From: a virus
Lineage: Duplodnaviria; Caudoviricetes
Length of the DNA: 64,000 nucleotides
Strand: one strand, 5' to 3'
IMG/VR virus record: IMGVR_UViG_2900261899_000001
Location: 41,248-105,247 of that record
Below the pieces are notes generated by a model, which saw only the letters and a program-made list of their open reading frames with translations, was not told where the DNA came from and did not search any database. Shown here piece after piece: positions 19,132 through 28,708 of this stretch; within the stretch, counting starts at the first letter, position 1; every line of letters begins with the position of its first letter. The position numbers and the translations under genes are program-made.

Positions 19132-20190
19132 ATGGCCGATATGCACCGCAAGCTCGACATCAACCTGTACGACACGCACATCGGCATCTGGCAGGACGAT
19201 GCGAACGATCCTTCGTTCCAGAAAGAGATCTTCGGACCGCTCATCCGCCTGCTGCACGATCACGGCTGGGTCGTCCGAGCCGACGGTCTGACGCGCTACC
19301 GGTCCCTGCGGCCAAACTATCGCCTCGGATGGCGTGGCGACTTGCGGGTCGCGATCCAAATCAGTGGGCGTTGCATTGAATTGGTTTTCTGGTCGGGGCT
19401 CGCCGAGCCGAGCAATCCGAACGGCCTCCGGTACGACTTCGACAAACGGAAGCGTGCCCCGTACCTCGACCGGGTCCGCATTGATCTGGAAACCCGGCGC
19501 ATCCTCACATGGCTGCGCCAGCGCGCGGCGCTCACGATCTCGCCGCCGCGTCACGTCCCATGCGGGATCGGTTTTGGTGAGATGAGCGCCGACACTTACA
19601 TTGATCGATCGATCCGCTCATCCGGCCACTACGTGCCGGAACTCGGGCGCGCACGCTTCTACAACGAGCCGCGCGAGCAGACGTCCGGGGACCGCCGGCA
19701 GCTCTCGCACGACTCCACCGTGTGGTTCCGCGACCGGAAAGGCCGCGTCCTGCGCGGGCGCGCCTTCTATAGCCTGGGTCAGAATTGGCTCGTCGCGGCG
19801 GGTCGCTGGGGCGTCTACCACGTCCAGCATTGGGATCTGTTCGTGGCGCCACCCGCGGACCTTCGCGGCAAGAGCAATGCGCGCGCGCGCCGCTCCCGCC
19901 TCGAGGGCGAGTTGACGAGGGCCTTGCGGCGCGACGACTACCGCCGCGCCGAGGTGCTGAAGCAGATCCTGTTCGGTAATGCCCCGATCTACCGGATCTG
20001 GTCGCGGAAGAACGACTGCTACTACGCGCCGAATTCGAGCGGCTACACGAGCGACGCCTTAGGCGCCGGCCGGTACATGCGCGACGAGGCTGAGAGCGAG
20101 GTCCGTCGTGTCCCGCACATCCTCAGTTTGGTAACGCCGGATGGGCGACACCTCCGGGCGGAAGAACTCGATCAGGCGAAGGCCGCATGA
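19132..20190 (+). CDS. Hypothetical protein
   Basis: 352 aa ORF with AAGGAG RBS. Confidence 0.7.
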   Translation: MADMHRKLDINLYDTHIGIWQDDANDPSFQKEIFGPLIRLLHDHGWVVRADGLTRYRSLRPNYRLGWRGDLRVAIQISGRCIELVFWSGLAEPSNPNGLRYDFDKRKRAPYLDRVRIDLETRRILTWLRQRAALTISPPRHVPCGIGFGEMSADTYIDRSIRSSGHYVPELGRARFYNEPREQTSGDRRQLSHDSTVWFRDRKGRVLRGRAFYSLGQNWLVAAGRWGVYHVQHWDLFVAPPADLRGKSNARARRSRLEGELTRALRRDDYRRAEVLKQILFGNAPIYRIWSRKNDCYYAPNSSGYTSDALGAGRYMRDEAESEVRRVPHILSLVTPDGRHLRAEELDQAKAA

Positions 20191-20510
20191 CACCGGAAGA
20201 AATGACGGCCGCGCGCCATGCGCTCAGCAAGCTCTGGGGGCTCGGCCGTCTGCTGACCTACGGCGAGATGGCGCACATCCTCCGGCTCCGGCCGGAGAAC
20301 GGGTCCGACACCGTCACCAAGTGGGAATCCGGGAGGTCGCCGATCAGCGGGCCGGTCTCGGTCGCGGTCGAGATGATGCTGGCCGGCGCGATCCCGCCGA
20401 CGAAAGATGAGGCGCTGGCGCTGACCCATGCGCGCACCAGCCCGCGGGGGCCGTTGGGAGAGAACGCAGTGGGGTGGAAGAAGGGGCAGCGAGGAAAGCA
20501 CGATGAATGA
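20187..20510 (+). CDS. HTH protein
   Basis: MTPEEM..AR..L...EMA..L......V.KWESGR.PI. Confidence 0.7.
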   Translation: MTPEEMTAARHALSKLWGLGRLLTYGEMAHILRLRPENGSDTVTKWESGRSPISGPVSVAVEMMLAGAIPPTKDEALALTHARTSPRGPLGENAVGWKKGQRGKHDE

Positions 20511-21096
20511 CGGGGAGGCTCCTCAACCCGAAGACCGGATTGAAAACCATCGACCGTATCAATATCTCGCGGCATACGTGAAGTTACGCAACGACATCAG
20601 CGAAATATGGTATGACAAGTCCGCAGACGCACTAAAACACTCTGTTGAGTTTAGTAAGCTCATAATCACCAACCTTCAGATCATCAATGCAGGCGGTCTT
20701 CTGGCGGTGCCAACCGTATCGGCAAGCGTTCTTGGGCTGACCGGACTGAATCATACTGAAAGGTTGTTATACCTTGGTCTTCCGATGGCTGTTTTTGCCC
20801 TTGGGCTCCTGCTCGCTACCCTATGCTCCTACTTTACATACCGGAACTATCTCGCGCACGCGCACACAGCGGATGCCCAGGCATGGAGATCGACTCTTGA
20901 AGTAGAGAATGCGCTGCCGAACCTTGCACTTGATCGAATAGAGCAGACAATCAGAAACTTGGAGGAGATTGACAAGCTACAGCTGGGGAATCTGGCTGCT
21001 GTTCAAAATAATTACATCCGCGTCTTGGTCTGTGGGTGGCTATCGGTCACTTGCTTTGTAGCTGCTTGCATTATTCTGGCTTTGTTTTCAAAATAG
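20503..21096 (+). CDS. Low-GC membrane protein (moron)
   Basis: About three hydrophobic segments; visibly lower GC than flanks. Confidence 0.65.
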   Translation: MNDGEAPQPEDRIENHRPYQYLAAYVKLRNDISEIWYDKSADALKHSVEFSKLIITNLQIINAGGLLAVPTVSASVLGLTGLNHTERLLYLGLPMAVFALGLLLATLCSYFTYRNYLAHAHTADAQAWRSTLEVENALPNLALDRIEQTIRNLEEIDKLQLGNLAAVQNNYIRVLVCGWLSVTCFVAACIILALFSK

Positions 21097-21107
21097 GAAT
21101 CTCAGCA

Positions 21108-21308
21108 ATGCGCGATGACGCGGAGCAGGCAATTAACCGTGCCGAAGCCGTCTTCGTACTGATTGATCCGGCCTATGCCGGCCGCCTCCGTTACGTTGAA
21201 ATCACCAAGGAGACCGCACTTCGCCTCGTCCTGGCGGATGCGCCCGGACGGGAGCTCCGACTGGATTGGGCCGACACGGCTCTGTATCTGTTGCCGCCTC
21301 TGGGCTGA
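21108..21308 (+). CDS. Small hypothetical protein
   Basis: AGGA RBS, ATG 21108. Confidence 0.45.
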   Translation: MRDDAEQAINRAEAVFVLIDPAYAGRLRYVEITKETALRLVLADAPGRELRLDWADTALYLLPPLG

Positions 21309-21316
21309 CGCGGCGC

Positions 21317-21772
21317 TCAGCGCCTCCCCCGGACAAGCGGCCTGTGCAGCCGTAGCGACGTAGTGACGACGCCCCAGATTTCGGCTTCGGCGATGTCCTC
21401 GATCGGTGTCGCCGGCAGATCTGGGCTGTCGAAGGACAGAAGCGCCCGGTTGCCTTTCAGGCGATAGCGTTTCAGCGAAGCGGTCCCGTCTATGATCGCG
21501 AGCACGATGTCGTCGTGCGCCGGGGTGACGCTGCGATCGACCACGACGATGTCTCCATCGTGGATGCCGGCGCGGATGACCGACGAGCCCGATACGCGCC
21601 ATAGGAAGGTCGCCGGCGGATTCGGCACCAGCCAGCGCGGCAACCCAAGCGCCTCCTCCATGAAGTCGTCGGCCGGGGACGGAAACCCGGCGCACACGGC
21701 CGGCCCCATGAGGGGCACCTCGATCGTTCCGAGGCTGTCCACGGGTAGTTCGTCGTACGTGACGAGATGCAC
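21317..21772 (-). CDS. umuD: UmuD/LexA-type S24 peptidase
   Basis: V.AGFPSPADDF, ATFL.RVSGSS...AGIHDGD.VVVDRS, LKR; probable GTG start at 21772. Confidence 0.8.
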   Translation of the reverse strand: MHLVTYDELPVDSLGTIEVPLMGPAVCAGFPSPADDFMEEALGLPRWLVPNPPATFLWRVSGSSVIRAGIHDGDIVVVDRSVTPAHDDIVLAIIDGTASLKRYRLKGNRALLSFDSPDLPATPIEDIAEAEIWGVVTTSLRLHRPLVRGRR

Positions 21773-21793
21773 CTTGTTCTCCCTCGCAGACAG

Positions 21794-21808
21794 GAACACA
21801 ACGGGAAC
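21794..21808. promoter_or_regulatory. Alphaproteobacterial LexA (SOS) box
   Basis: GAAC-ACAACGG-GAAC (GAAC-N7-GAAC) just upstream of the umuD-like gene. Confidence 0.75.
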
Positions 21809-21871
21809 AAGCAGCCGGCGGTTCAATGGTCAAGGCGGCCTTTGGGCAGCCTGTGGAAAGCGGGGACGACG

Positions 21872-22126
21872 ATGGCGATCAAGACCACCCACCTCGTGCA
21901 GAGCTTCGTGATCAAGCGGAAGCGACTGGTGCCCGGCGACCAGCAGCTGGCGCCGACCGAAAGCGGGGCGCTGAAACGCGCCGAGGCCATGGCCGGGCGG
22001 ATACCGGGAACGGCCGCGATCCGGATCATGGCCGACGATGAAACCGGCGAGTTGGAGAGCGCGACGATCCTCGGTCAGTTCGGCCAGGTGCCGGACGACT
22101 TCGCCGAGCAGCTTCAAGGCGGCTGA
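21872..22126 (+). CDS. Small conserved hypothetical protein
   Basis: GGGGA RBS; divergent from umuD; followed by hairpin. Confidence 0.65.
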   Translation: MAIKTTHLVQSFVIKRKRLVPGDQQLAPTESGALKRAEAMAGRIPGTAAIRIMADDETGELESATILGQFGQVPDDFAEQLQGG

Positions 22127-22415
22127 GATAGCTCGGCCCCGCCGCCCGATCTGATCACGGGCTGGCGGGGGAGCGCTTGAATCTCACCAGCGGGTTGGGC
22201 CGATACGCAACATGGCCCGGAGAGCATAAGGCCGGCGGCCGGTTAGCCCGGGATCAACGGTGCCGCCTCAAGCATGTGTCGGTCTGAGACGACCCGAGGC
22301 GTCGGCTGCTTGAGGCCGGCGTGTGGATAGCGGGGATTGCGGGCAAACCTCTGCGTGCCGTGAACCCAACTTCATCCATCCAACGTTGAGCACCCTGATC
22401 GTTCGAGGCCCACCG

Positions 22416-22589
22416 ATGTTCGAGTTCTGGGAAAACGCGCCGGGCTGCTGGCGCTGGGCCTTCGTCTTCCGGGGCGAACAATTGGCGCGCGCCGAGGAAG
22501 ACTACACGAGCCGGGGCAAGGCCGCGGCTGCTGCGGAGGTCTTCGCACGAGACGTCGATCGTGCTCGGAAGCGAATGGACGTTCGCTAG
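22416..22589 (+). CDS. YegP/DUF1508-like small protein
   Basis: FE.W....G.WRW.....G..LA..E.Y motif. Confidence 0.6.
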   Translation: MFEFWENAPGCWRWAFVFRGEQLARAEEDYTSRGKAAAAAEVFARDVDRARKRMDVR

Positions 22590-22603
22590 GTCCAGGAACG
22601 CCA

Positions 22604-22638
22604 AAAGCGCCCGCCACCTCGAAAGGCAGCGGGCGCTA
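22604..22638. terminator. Hairpin terminator between convergent early and late arms
   Basis: AAAAGCGCCCGC...GCGGGCGCT. Confidence 0.55.
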
Positions 22639-22711
22639 TCGCATCGTGACGGCGGAGATCGGACTTACGGCGGCGGCCGGCTCCCAGCCTCGACGCGAGG
22701 GCATTGCGAAA

Positions 22712-23359
22712 TCAGCCCGGAGGCTGGCCGCGTCCTGTGTCGAGAGCGTCGATCCGGTGCTGCTGGCGATCGTTGAAAGCCCGGATGTGCTCATCGACGG
22801 AACCGCGAAGCATGCCGACGACCCGGTCCTGGGCCTCGAAGCGGCCGGTCAGCTCCGAGCGGGAGACGACGTTGTCCTCGAGGCGCTTCAGATCGGCGGC
22901 GAGCTGGTCGTTCCGCTTCTCGGCCCGCGCCTCGACCCGAGCGATGCGATCCCGCTGAAAGTCGTAGTCCCGCTCTTGGGCCCGCCAATGCAGTTCGTGC
23001 TCGGCACGAGTGACCTGGGTCGCCGCAACCTGCTCGGTCCGCTTATCGGCCCTATCCTGCATGACCTGAAGGGCGGTCTTCAGATCGGACATGCCGGAGG
23101 TGAGCGGCCAGAAGGCCAACCCACCGACGACGGTAAGGACCGTTATACCGACGCCGACAGCTGACCAGATCACACCCCAGGGCGTCTGGCCCCGGCGATC
23201 GAGCTTGTCGCTCAAGCCAGTGACGGCCGAGGCGACGCTCTGCAGGGTGCCGACAATGCCCTCGACCCGTGTTTCCAGCGCCGAGAGGCGGGAGTCGGAA
23301 GTCGGCTGCATCTGTTGCTGCTGCATCTGCTGAGGATGCTGGAAGGACTGCTGGGTCAT
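22712..23359 (-). CDS. Membrane-anchored coiled-coil protein (lysis region)
   Basis: TM segment WGVIWSAVGVGITVLTVVGGLAFW flanked by coiled coils. Confidence 0.65.
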   Translation of the reverse strand: MTQQSFQHPQQMQQQQMQPTSDSRLSALETRVEGIVGTLQSVASAVTGLSDKLDRRGQTPWGVIWSAVGVGITVLTVVGGLAFWPLTSGMSDLKTALQVMQDRADKRTEQVAATQVTRAEHELHWRAQERDYDFQRDRIARVEARAEKRNDQLAADLKRLEDNVVSRSELTGRFEAQDRVVGMLRGSVDEHIRAFNDRQQHRIDALDTGRGQPPG

Positions 23360-23487
23360 GTCATTGAGCCCCCACGGGCAAAAAGACCCCCCGGCCAATG
23401 ACCGGAGGGTGCGCGCCGATGTTTCGGTCGAGCGGGTGCGGAATTCTCGCGAAACCTTCGCGGGAGTTGTGACGGCGGTCGCGCCGG

Positions 23488-23895
23488 TTATCTCGTGAAG
23501 ATCTTGCGGACGGTGCCGGCGATACCCGTCACACCGATCACGGCCATGACGATCGCCCATTCCATCTTGTCGTAGGGCTCGGGCAGAGCGGCCACACGCC
23601 AATGGAACAGGAAGGTCGAGTCGAGCACGATCGCGCCGAAGTGCAGCATGCACAGCGCGAAGGCGAAGGGGATCATCCATGCGGTCCACGGCGAGAGGTG
23701 CTGGGCCGCCCGCTCGGCCGCGATCACCTTCCGCTCCTCGACGTAGGCCGTGAGCTGCGCCTGGGCGACCGTCGTATCACCGGTGACGTTCTGGCCGTTC
23801 GTCAGAACGCTGTTGTCGGACCGCTTGCCGAGGTAGTCGAACAGCTTCCCGATGACGCCGGGAAGGCCAAGCACGAGCGACGCGAAGAAGCCCAT
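23488..23895 (-). CDS. Holin-like membrane protein
   Basis: Three hydrophobic segments; downstream of endolysin. Confidence 0.65.
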   Translation of the reverse strand: MGFFASLVLGLPGVIGKLFDYLGKRSDNSVLTNGQNVTGDTTVAQAQLTAYVEERKVIAAERAAQHLSPWTAWMIPFAFALCMLHFGAIVLDSTFLFHWRVAALPEPYDKMEWAIVMAVIGVTGIAGTVRKIFTR

Positions 23896-24140
23896 CAGCG
23901 TGGTCCTTCGCCGGGTCCGGCCGGCCGCGCCGCATCGCGGATGCTCTTCAGCACCGGCGGCAGCGCCAGGCGCGCAAGGGTCAACACCGCGCCGATCTTC
24001 ACCCCGTACTCGGGCGGCAGAATCAGCGACCAGTCGAAGCCGACCACCGCGTTGAGGATGTCCGGCAGCGAGAACAGAAGGGCGAGCAGGTAAATCCGCA
24101 CGCCGACGAGGCGCGCGTTGATGCGCTGGACCATGTTCAT
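23895..24140 (-). CDS. Small two-TM protein (holin/antiholin candidate)
   Basis: Hydrophobic; coupled to endolysin. Confidence 0.55.
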   Translation of the reverse strand: MNMVQRINARLVGVRIYLLALLFSLPDILNAVVGFDWSLILPPEYGVKIGAVLTLARLALPPVLKSIRDAARPAGPGEGPR

Positions 24141-24141
24141 G

Positions 24142-24942
24142 TCAGACGTCCTTTCGCGACAGGGCGGCGTGGAGACGCGACCAGAAGCCGGGCGCGTTGT
24201 CGTTGGAGGCCGGCGGCTCGACATCGGCCTTCGCGACCACCGGCACGGTCACGGGCTTTCCGAGAGCTCCAGGAAGACGCGCGGCGGTCAGCGGCATGCC
24301 GCCGGCGACGAGCGCGGCCTCGATCGTCACGGCGTAGCCCGCGATCAGCGCGGCCTTGTCCGTGCCGTTCACGGTGCGGCGGGCGCCGACGTAGTCGCAG
24401 CGTGAGCCCGCGATGAAGTCCTCGAGAGCTCTGCCGGTGAAGTCGCCCTTCAGCGACAGGCCGCGCGTCACGCCCTCGATCAGGATCTGCGCGGACACGT
24501 CGGGCAGGAGCGCCAGGTCGGGATTGCCGGCGAGGTCGAGCCCGAGGAGCGCACCCATCTTGCGATAGTTGTCCTCGTGCGTGAGCTGCACGTCGCCGCG
24601 GCCGTAAAAGGAGCGCCCGGCGGCGTTCGGCAGCGCGTAGTTCCGGCTGATCCGTCCCGACGCGAGCAGCCGCGCGACGGCGGCGCGCGCGCTGGCATCT
24701 GAGACGGCGAAACCCTCGCGCACCGGCAGCATGCGCCGGCCGGTCTCGTGGAAGCTCGTCGCCAGGATGTAGGCGAGGTGGCGCCGGTCGAGGATCAGCG
24801 CGTGGAGGAAGAAGGCATCGAGCAGCCGGTTCACGCCGTCGACCTGCGACTGGGCCAGCGCGCCGAACAGCGGACGGACGCCGTCGAAAAACTTGCCGCG
24901 ATCGAGGCGCGCGAAAGCGCCCGCGTCGGTGGACGTCGCCAT
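24142..24942 (-). CDS. GH19-like endolysin
   Basis: LAYILATSFHET, FYGRGDVQLTH..NY, ARRTVNGTDKA. Confidence 0.85.
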   Translation of the reverse strand: MATSTDAGAFARLDRGKFFDGVRPLFGALAQSQVDGVNRLLDAFFLHALILDRRHLAYILATSFHETGRRMLPVREGFAVSDASARAAVARLLASGRISRNYALPNAAGRSFYGRGDVQLTHEDNYRKMGALLGLDLAGNPDLALLPDVSAQILIEGVTRGLSLKGDFTGRALEDFIAGSRCDYVGARRTVNGTDKAALIAGYAVTIEAALVAGGMPLTAARLPGALGKPVTVPVVAKADVEPPASNDNAPGFWSRLHAALSRKDV

Positions 24943-25052
24943 GGTGGTCTCCGATTGTCGGGTGGGCCAGTTTTGATCGCGGGCGGGCGATCTGATCCAA
25001 TGCGCTGAAAATAACGTTTCAGATCAGAAGCTTAGCGATTGACCGAAGTGGT

Positions 25053-25547
25053 CTATTTTTGACGGGATTTTGATCGGTTGGCCCGGTAAGTCCCGAACAC
25101 CCGGTCCCAGGCCGTCGTGACGACGCCGAAATTCGCCTCGACGCCGCAGTGATGCGCGGCGTGGCGCAGCTTCAGCGCGTAGAGCGGATGCCCCGGCGCG
25201 ATGGTCCAGTGATGCACGGCGTGGTGGACCGTGATGTAGCCGAGGTAGCCGAGCGCGAAGCCGGCCAAAATCCCGGCCGGGAGGACGAGGGCGAGCCCAG
25301 CGAAGACCGCCAGCGAGTGCCAGGACGTCACGCCGGTGCGGCCGCACGGCTTGGCGTGGTGCGCGTCGTGCGCAGCCCGGAAGCCCGGCACGCGGTGGAA
25401 CAGCACCCGGTGGATCGCGTACTCGGCGAGCGTCCAGGTGAAGAGGCCGGACACAATGCCGACGAGACCGGCATCACCGAGAACGATGAGCAGCAGGGCT
25501 AGGACCGGCATCGTGACGAAGTCGGCATAGTAGGCCAGGCGCGACAT
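25053..25547 (-). CDS. Fatty acid hydroxylase / sterol desaturase family protein
   Basis: EYAIHRVLFH, H.AHH, Y..VHHAVHH, H..HH, NFGV.T..WDRVFGT. Confidence 0.85.
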   Translation of the reverse strand: MSRLAYYADFVTMPVLALLLIVLGDAGLVGIVSGLFTWTLAEYAIHRVLFHRVPGFRAAHDAHHAKPCGRTGVTSWHSLAVFAGLALVLPAGILAGFALGYLGYITVHHAVHHWTIAPGHPLYALKLRHAAHHCGVEANFGVVTTAWDRVFGTYRANRSKSRQK

Positions 25548-25600
25548 ACGCTTACTCCTGTCGCACCGGCGCCCAATGGTCGGGCCCCGGTGCGGGTGGC

Positions 25601-25765
25601 TCAAAACACTTTCGCCAAGATCACGGCGGCGACGATCGCCACGATGGCCGTTACGGTCGCGAAGCGGGGGTGGGCGGCGACCTGGGCGACAAGCGCGCGC
25701 AGGCCAGATTTGGCGGCGGTACCTGCGCCGGCGGCGGCCTCGGTCTCGATGGTTTTGAGGTCCAT
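25601..25765 (-). CDS. Small membrane protein
   Basis: AAGGAG RBS; C-terminal TM (FATVTAIVAIVAAVILAKVF). Confidence 0.55.
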   Translation of the reverse strand: MDLKTIETEAAAGAGTAAKSGLRALVAQVAAHPRFATVTAIVAIVAAVILAKVF

Positions 25766-25844
25766 GCTGGTTCTCCTTCAGGGGGCTTACGGCTGCGGGA
25801 GCGCCAGATGACGTATCCCGCGCCGATCTTTGGATTCCTGGGGC

Positions 25845-26189
25845 TCAGCCGCCGTGCGCTAAGCCGACGCGACAGACGCCGGCGCAGCCGATCGCCCGCG
25901 CCGCCCCGGCCGAGAGATCGATCGCGCGTCCCTTCACGAAGGGACCGCGATCGTTGATCCGCACCAGCACCGAGCGGCCGGTGGCTTCGTTCGTCACGCG
26001 TATCCGGGTGCCGAACGGCAGTGTCTTGTGCGCGGCGGTGAGGGCGTTCTGGTCGAACCGCTCGCCGTTGGCAGTCTTCCGGCCGTGGAAGCCGGGTCCG
26101 TACCAAGAGGCGATGTCGGCGTGAGCGGGCGCGACGCTGAGCAGGGCGCAGACGATCGCGGCCCGCAGCGCGAGGCGCTGCAGGAGCAT
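25845..26189 (-). CDS. rlpA: RlpA-like (DPBB) lytic transglycosylase with signal peptide
   Basis: [49 protein letters not shown]. Confidence 0.9.
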   Translation of the reverse strand: MLLQRLALRAAIVCALLSVAPAHADIASWYGPGFHGRKTANGERFDQNALTAAHKTLPFGTRIRVTNEATGRSVLVRINDRGPFVKGRAIDLSAGAARAIGCAGVCRVGLAHGG

Positions 26190-26223
26190 CGGGGATCTCC
26201 GATTTCAGTTGAGGGGAGGGGCC

Positions 26224-26607
26224 TCAGGGGCCGATCGCGAGAACGCTGACGGTCAGGCCGGCGCCGGCACGTTTCTCGGGCATGCCGCCGATCGCGATGG
26301 TGTTGGGCAGGTTCACGAAACCGGATGCCGCAACGAGGGTCCGGCCGGTAGTGATCGCGACGGCCGAGTTTGCAATCGTCGTGTCGGCCGACAGCGCCGA
26401 AGCGAGGATCTTGGGAACCGCCGTGAACCCGGCCTGCGACAGGTCCACCGACCAGGCGCCGGTGGACGTGGTGCTCGCTTCGCCAATCCAGAGCTTGCAG
26501 GCCGCAACGACGCCCGAGGCGCCGTAGGCGGGGATTGGGATCGTGTCACCGGCCGGCATCTCGGCGAGGCCGGTGGCCAAGAGGGCGACCGGCTTGCGCT
26601 GTGCCAT
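26224..26607 (-). CDS. Hypothetical virion-associated protein
   Basis: In late operon. Confidence 0.55.
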   Translation of the reverse strand: MAQRKPVALLATGLAEMPAGDTIPIPAYGASGVVAACKLWIGEASTTSTGAWSVDLSQAGFTAVPKILASALSADTTIANSAVAITTGRTLVAASGFVNLPNTIAIGGMPEKRAGAGLTVSVLAIGP

Positions 26608-26618
26608 GGCCGTCGACC

Positions 26619-27137
26619 TCAATTCCGGGAGACAGGCTCGCCGCGGGTGAACTGGAGCGTGTTGGCGTCGAGCACCTTGCCGACCTTCTGCCAGGTCTGA
26701 CCGGCTGTCGCGGCCCCGGCTGTGGCGACCGCGCCGGGCGTCGAGGGCGACAGGAATGCGTCGCCGACGGTCAGGCCGGTGAAGCCGGGCACGACGCCGC
26801 TGCCGAGATAGACGCGGGCGGTGCCGTTGGCCGCAACCGGTCCGAGAACGTAGCCGTCAGCCGGCTTGCCCTGCGTCGAGCCGTCGGCGTTGCGTGCCGT
26901 CGCGGCGCCGCTGTTGGCATAGACGTTCACGAGGCACGGACCGGCCAGCGCCTCGGAGGCCGGCATGTCCTTGATGTCCGCCGCGACGCCGGGCGGCATC
27001 ATGGTCGGATCCCAGGTGCCGGTCGTCGGATCGAGGGCGGGGATCTTACCGGCATTGGCTGCGCCGCCGGTGGTGACGGGAACGGCCTCGGCGAGTGACG
27101 TAGCGCCCTGCACAAGGAAACGCTGGACAGCGGCCAT
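26619..27137 (-). CDS. Putative structural (capsid cement/decoration-like) protein
   Basis: AGKIPALD, ASEAL, ADG......ADGYV, FLS.STPG. Confidence 0.55.
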   Translation of the reverse strand: MAAVQRFLVQGATSLAEAVPVTTGGAANAGKIPALDPTTGTWDPTMMPPGVAADIKDMPASEALAGPCLVNVYANSGAATARNADGSTQGKPADGYVLGPVAANGTARVYLGSGVVPGFTGLTVGDAFLSPSTPGAVATAGAATAGQTWQKVGKVLDANTLQFTRGEPVSRN

Positions 27138-27150
27138 GAATAGCTCCGGA

Positions 27151-27753
27151 TCAGGATGCGAGGATGACGGCGGGGCCGAGCGCCAGGATCAGGCGGCTCG
27201 GTGTCACGAAGGTGCCGACAGGGAACCGGAACCCGGCCTCCGGCGGGATTTGCACGAGCGTCCCGGCCGGCCCGAGAAAGGCCGGCCCAGGCGCGTAATT
27301 CCACGACGGCTCCTCGACGGGGCCGCAGGTCAGGACGTCGACGGTGGCATCGGCGAGGGCGGCGCCGAGCGTGAGGCCGAGGACGCTGTCGGCTTGTCTC
27401 GGGTCGTCGCAGGACGCGAGCGCGACGCGCCCGGACCCGGTTCTTCGCACGAGGCGGTGGCCGCCGAGATCGCCGTCGGCGATCAGGGCTTCGACCGGCG
27501 AGCCAACGGGGCGCCGGGCGAGCGTGGCCGCGAGATAGCCGAGGCAGTCTGCGGCCGTGGCATAGGCCTGCTCGTCGAGGCCAGTGATCAGCCCGTAGGG
27601 CGCGCAGACGATCACCTCTCCGGTGGTCGCGCGAGCAATACTGATCTGGCCATCGACGCGCAGGCTCGCGATCAGCTCTCGCGCCTGAAAGATGCTGGTG
27701 TCGCCGCTGATCCGGACGCCCCCGAGCGCCGCGTCGTAACCGACCGCGATCAT
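27151..27753 (-). CDS. Putative structural protein
   Basis: ATGA coupling; DLGGHRLV, G.VEEPSWN..PGP.FLG..G.L.Q.PP. Confidence 0.55.
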   Translation of the reverse strand: MIAVGYDAALGGVRISGDTSIFQARELIASLRVDGQISIARATTGEVIVCAPYGLITGLDEQAYATAADCLGYLAATLARRPVGSPVEALIADGDLGGHRLVRRTGSGRVALASCDDPRQADSVLGLTLGAALADATVDVLTCGPVEEPSWNYAPGPAFLGPAGTLVQIPPEAGFRFPVGTFVTPSRLILALGPAVILAS

Positions 27754-28469
27754 GTCGAGGATCCCACGAACGTGCTCTCGGGATAGACCAGGACCGAGCG
27801 TTTCAGGATGTGGATCGGCACGGTCGAGGTCAGGAACAGGGCCGCCCCGTTCGCCATCACCTTGTCGAGCGTCTGAAACTCGACCACCAGCGTGACCCGT
27901 TCGGGATCGGGGTCGCCGGCGTCCTTGAACAGGTCGGCCGTGTCGGTCGCCAGAGGCGGCGTCGAACCGGGAACGACACCGGCATCCACGTCGAGGAGGA
28001 TCGTGCCGTTGGCCTGCATCGAGCGGACCAGCAGGTTCACCTGGATCTTGAAGCGGTCGGCGAAGGCGCGGCCCCTGACACGGGCGCCGTCCCACAGCGT
28101 GAGGCCCGCAAACGGGGGGTTGAGATACAGCGAACTCAGGGCCGGATCGGGCGTGAAGGCGATCGGCGTGCGGGTCCGCTGCGCGAGGAGGTCCCCCGGT
28201 TCGCGCACCGTTCGGCTGTAGCCGACCTGACCGCCGCCGATCGGACCGGGCGGGCCTTGCGGTCCATCCCGGCCCGGTGGCCCCTGAAACAAGGCTCGCT
28301 CAGCTTCGCTCAAGCCGCGCGCGGGAGACGGCGGAGGCGCCCGCCGCGCCCACGCCGGCACGTTTCCAGAGGTCGCACCCGGAACCGGCCGCACCGGCGA
28401 CGCCGGCTGCCCGAAGGGTGGCGCGGACACCGCGGCACCCAAGCCAAACGATCGGGGATCGGGCATCAC
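27750..28469 (-). CDS. Protein with short collagen-like repeat
   Basis: QGPPGRDGPQGPPGP. Confidence 0.6.
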   Translation of the reverse strand: MMPDPRSFGLGAAVSAPPFGQPASPVRPVPGATSGNVPAWARRAPPPSPARGLSEAERALFQGPPGRDGPQGPPGPIGGGQVGYSRTVREPGDLLAQRTRTPIAFTPDPALSSLYLNPPFAGLTLWDGARVRGRAFADRFKIQVNLLVRSMQANGTILLDVDAGVVPGSTPPLATDTADLFKDAGDPDPERVTLVVEFQTLDKVMANGAALFLTSTVPIHILKRSVLVYPESTFVGSST

Positions 28470-28708
28470 GGCCTCGGGTGACGGTGGCGACGATTGGAGG
28501 GGCCCAGTCCTTCAGCCGCCTACCGCGACCGAGGGAGGGGGATTAGACTTGGCCAGTCGTCTCGCTCGGTTGCCCGCCTTGCGGGGTGACGGCGGGTCGG
28601 GATCGTCAAATCGACGATCCCGACCCGCTTGGCCTTACGCCGGCGTGGCCAGCAGGAGGGCGGGGAGCGCTGGGCGCATCATTGATAGGCCGCCTCTGGA
28701 CACAATCG

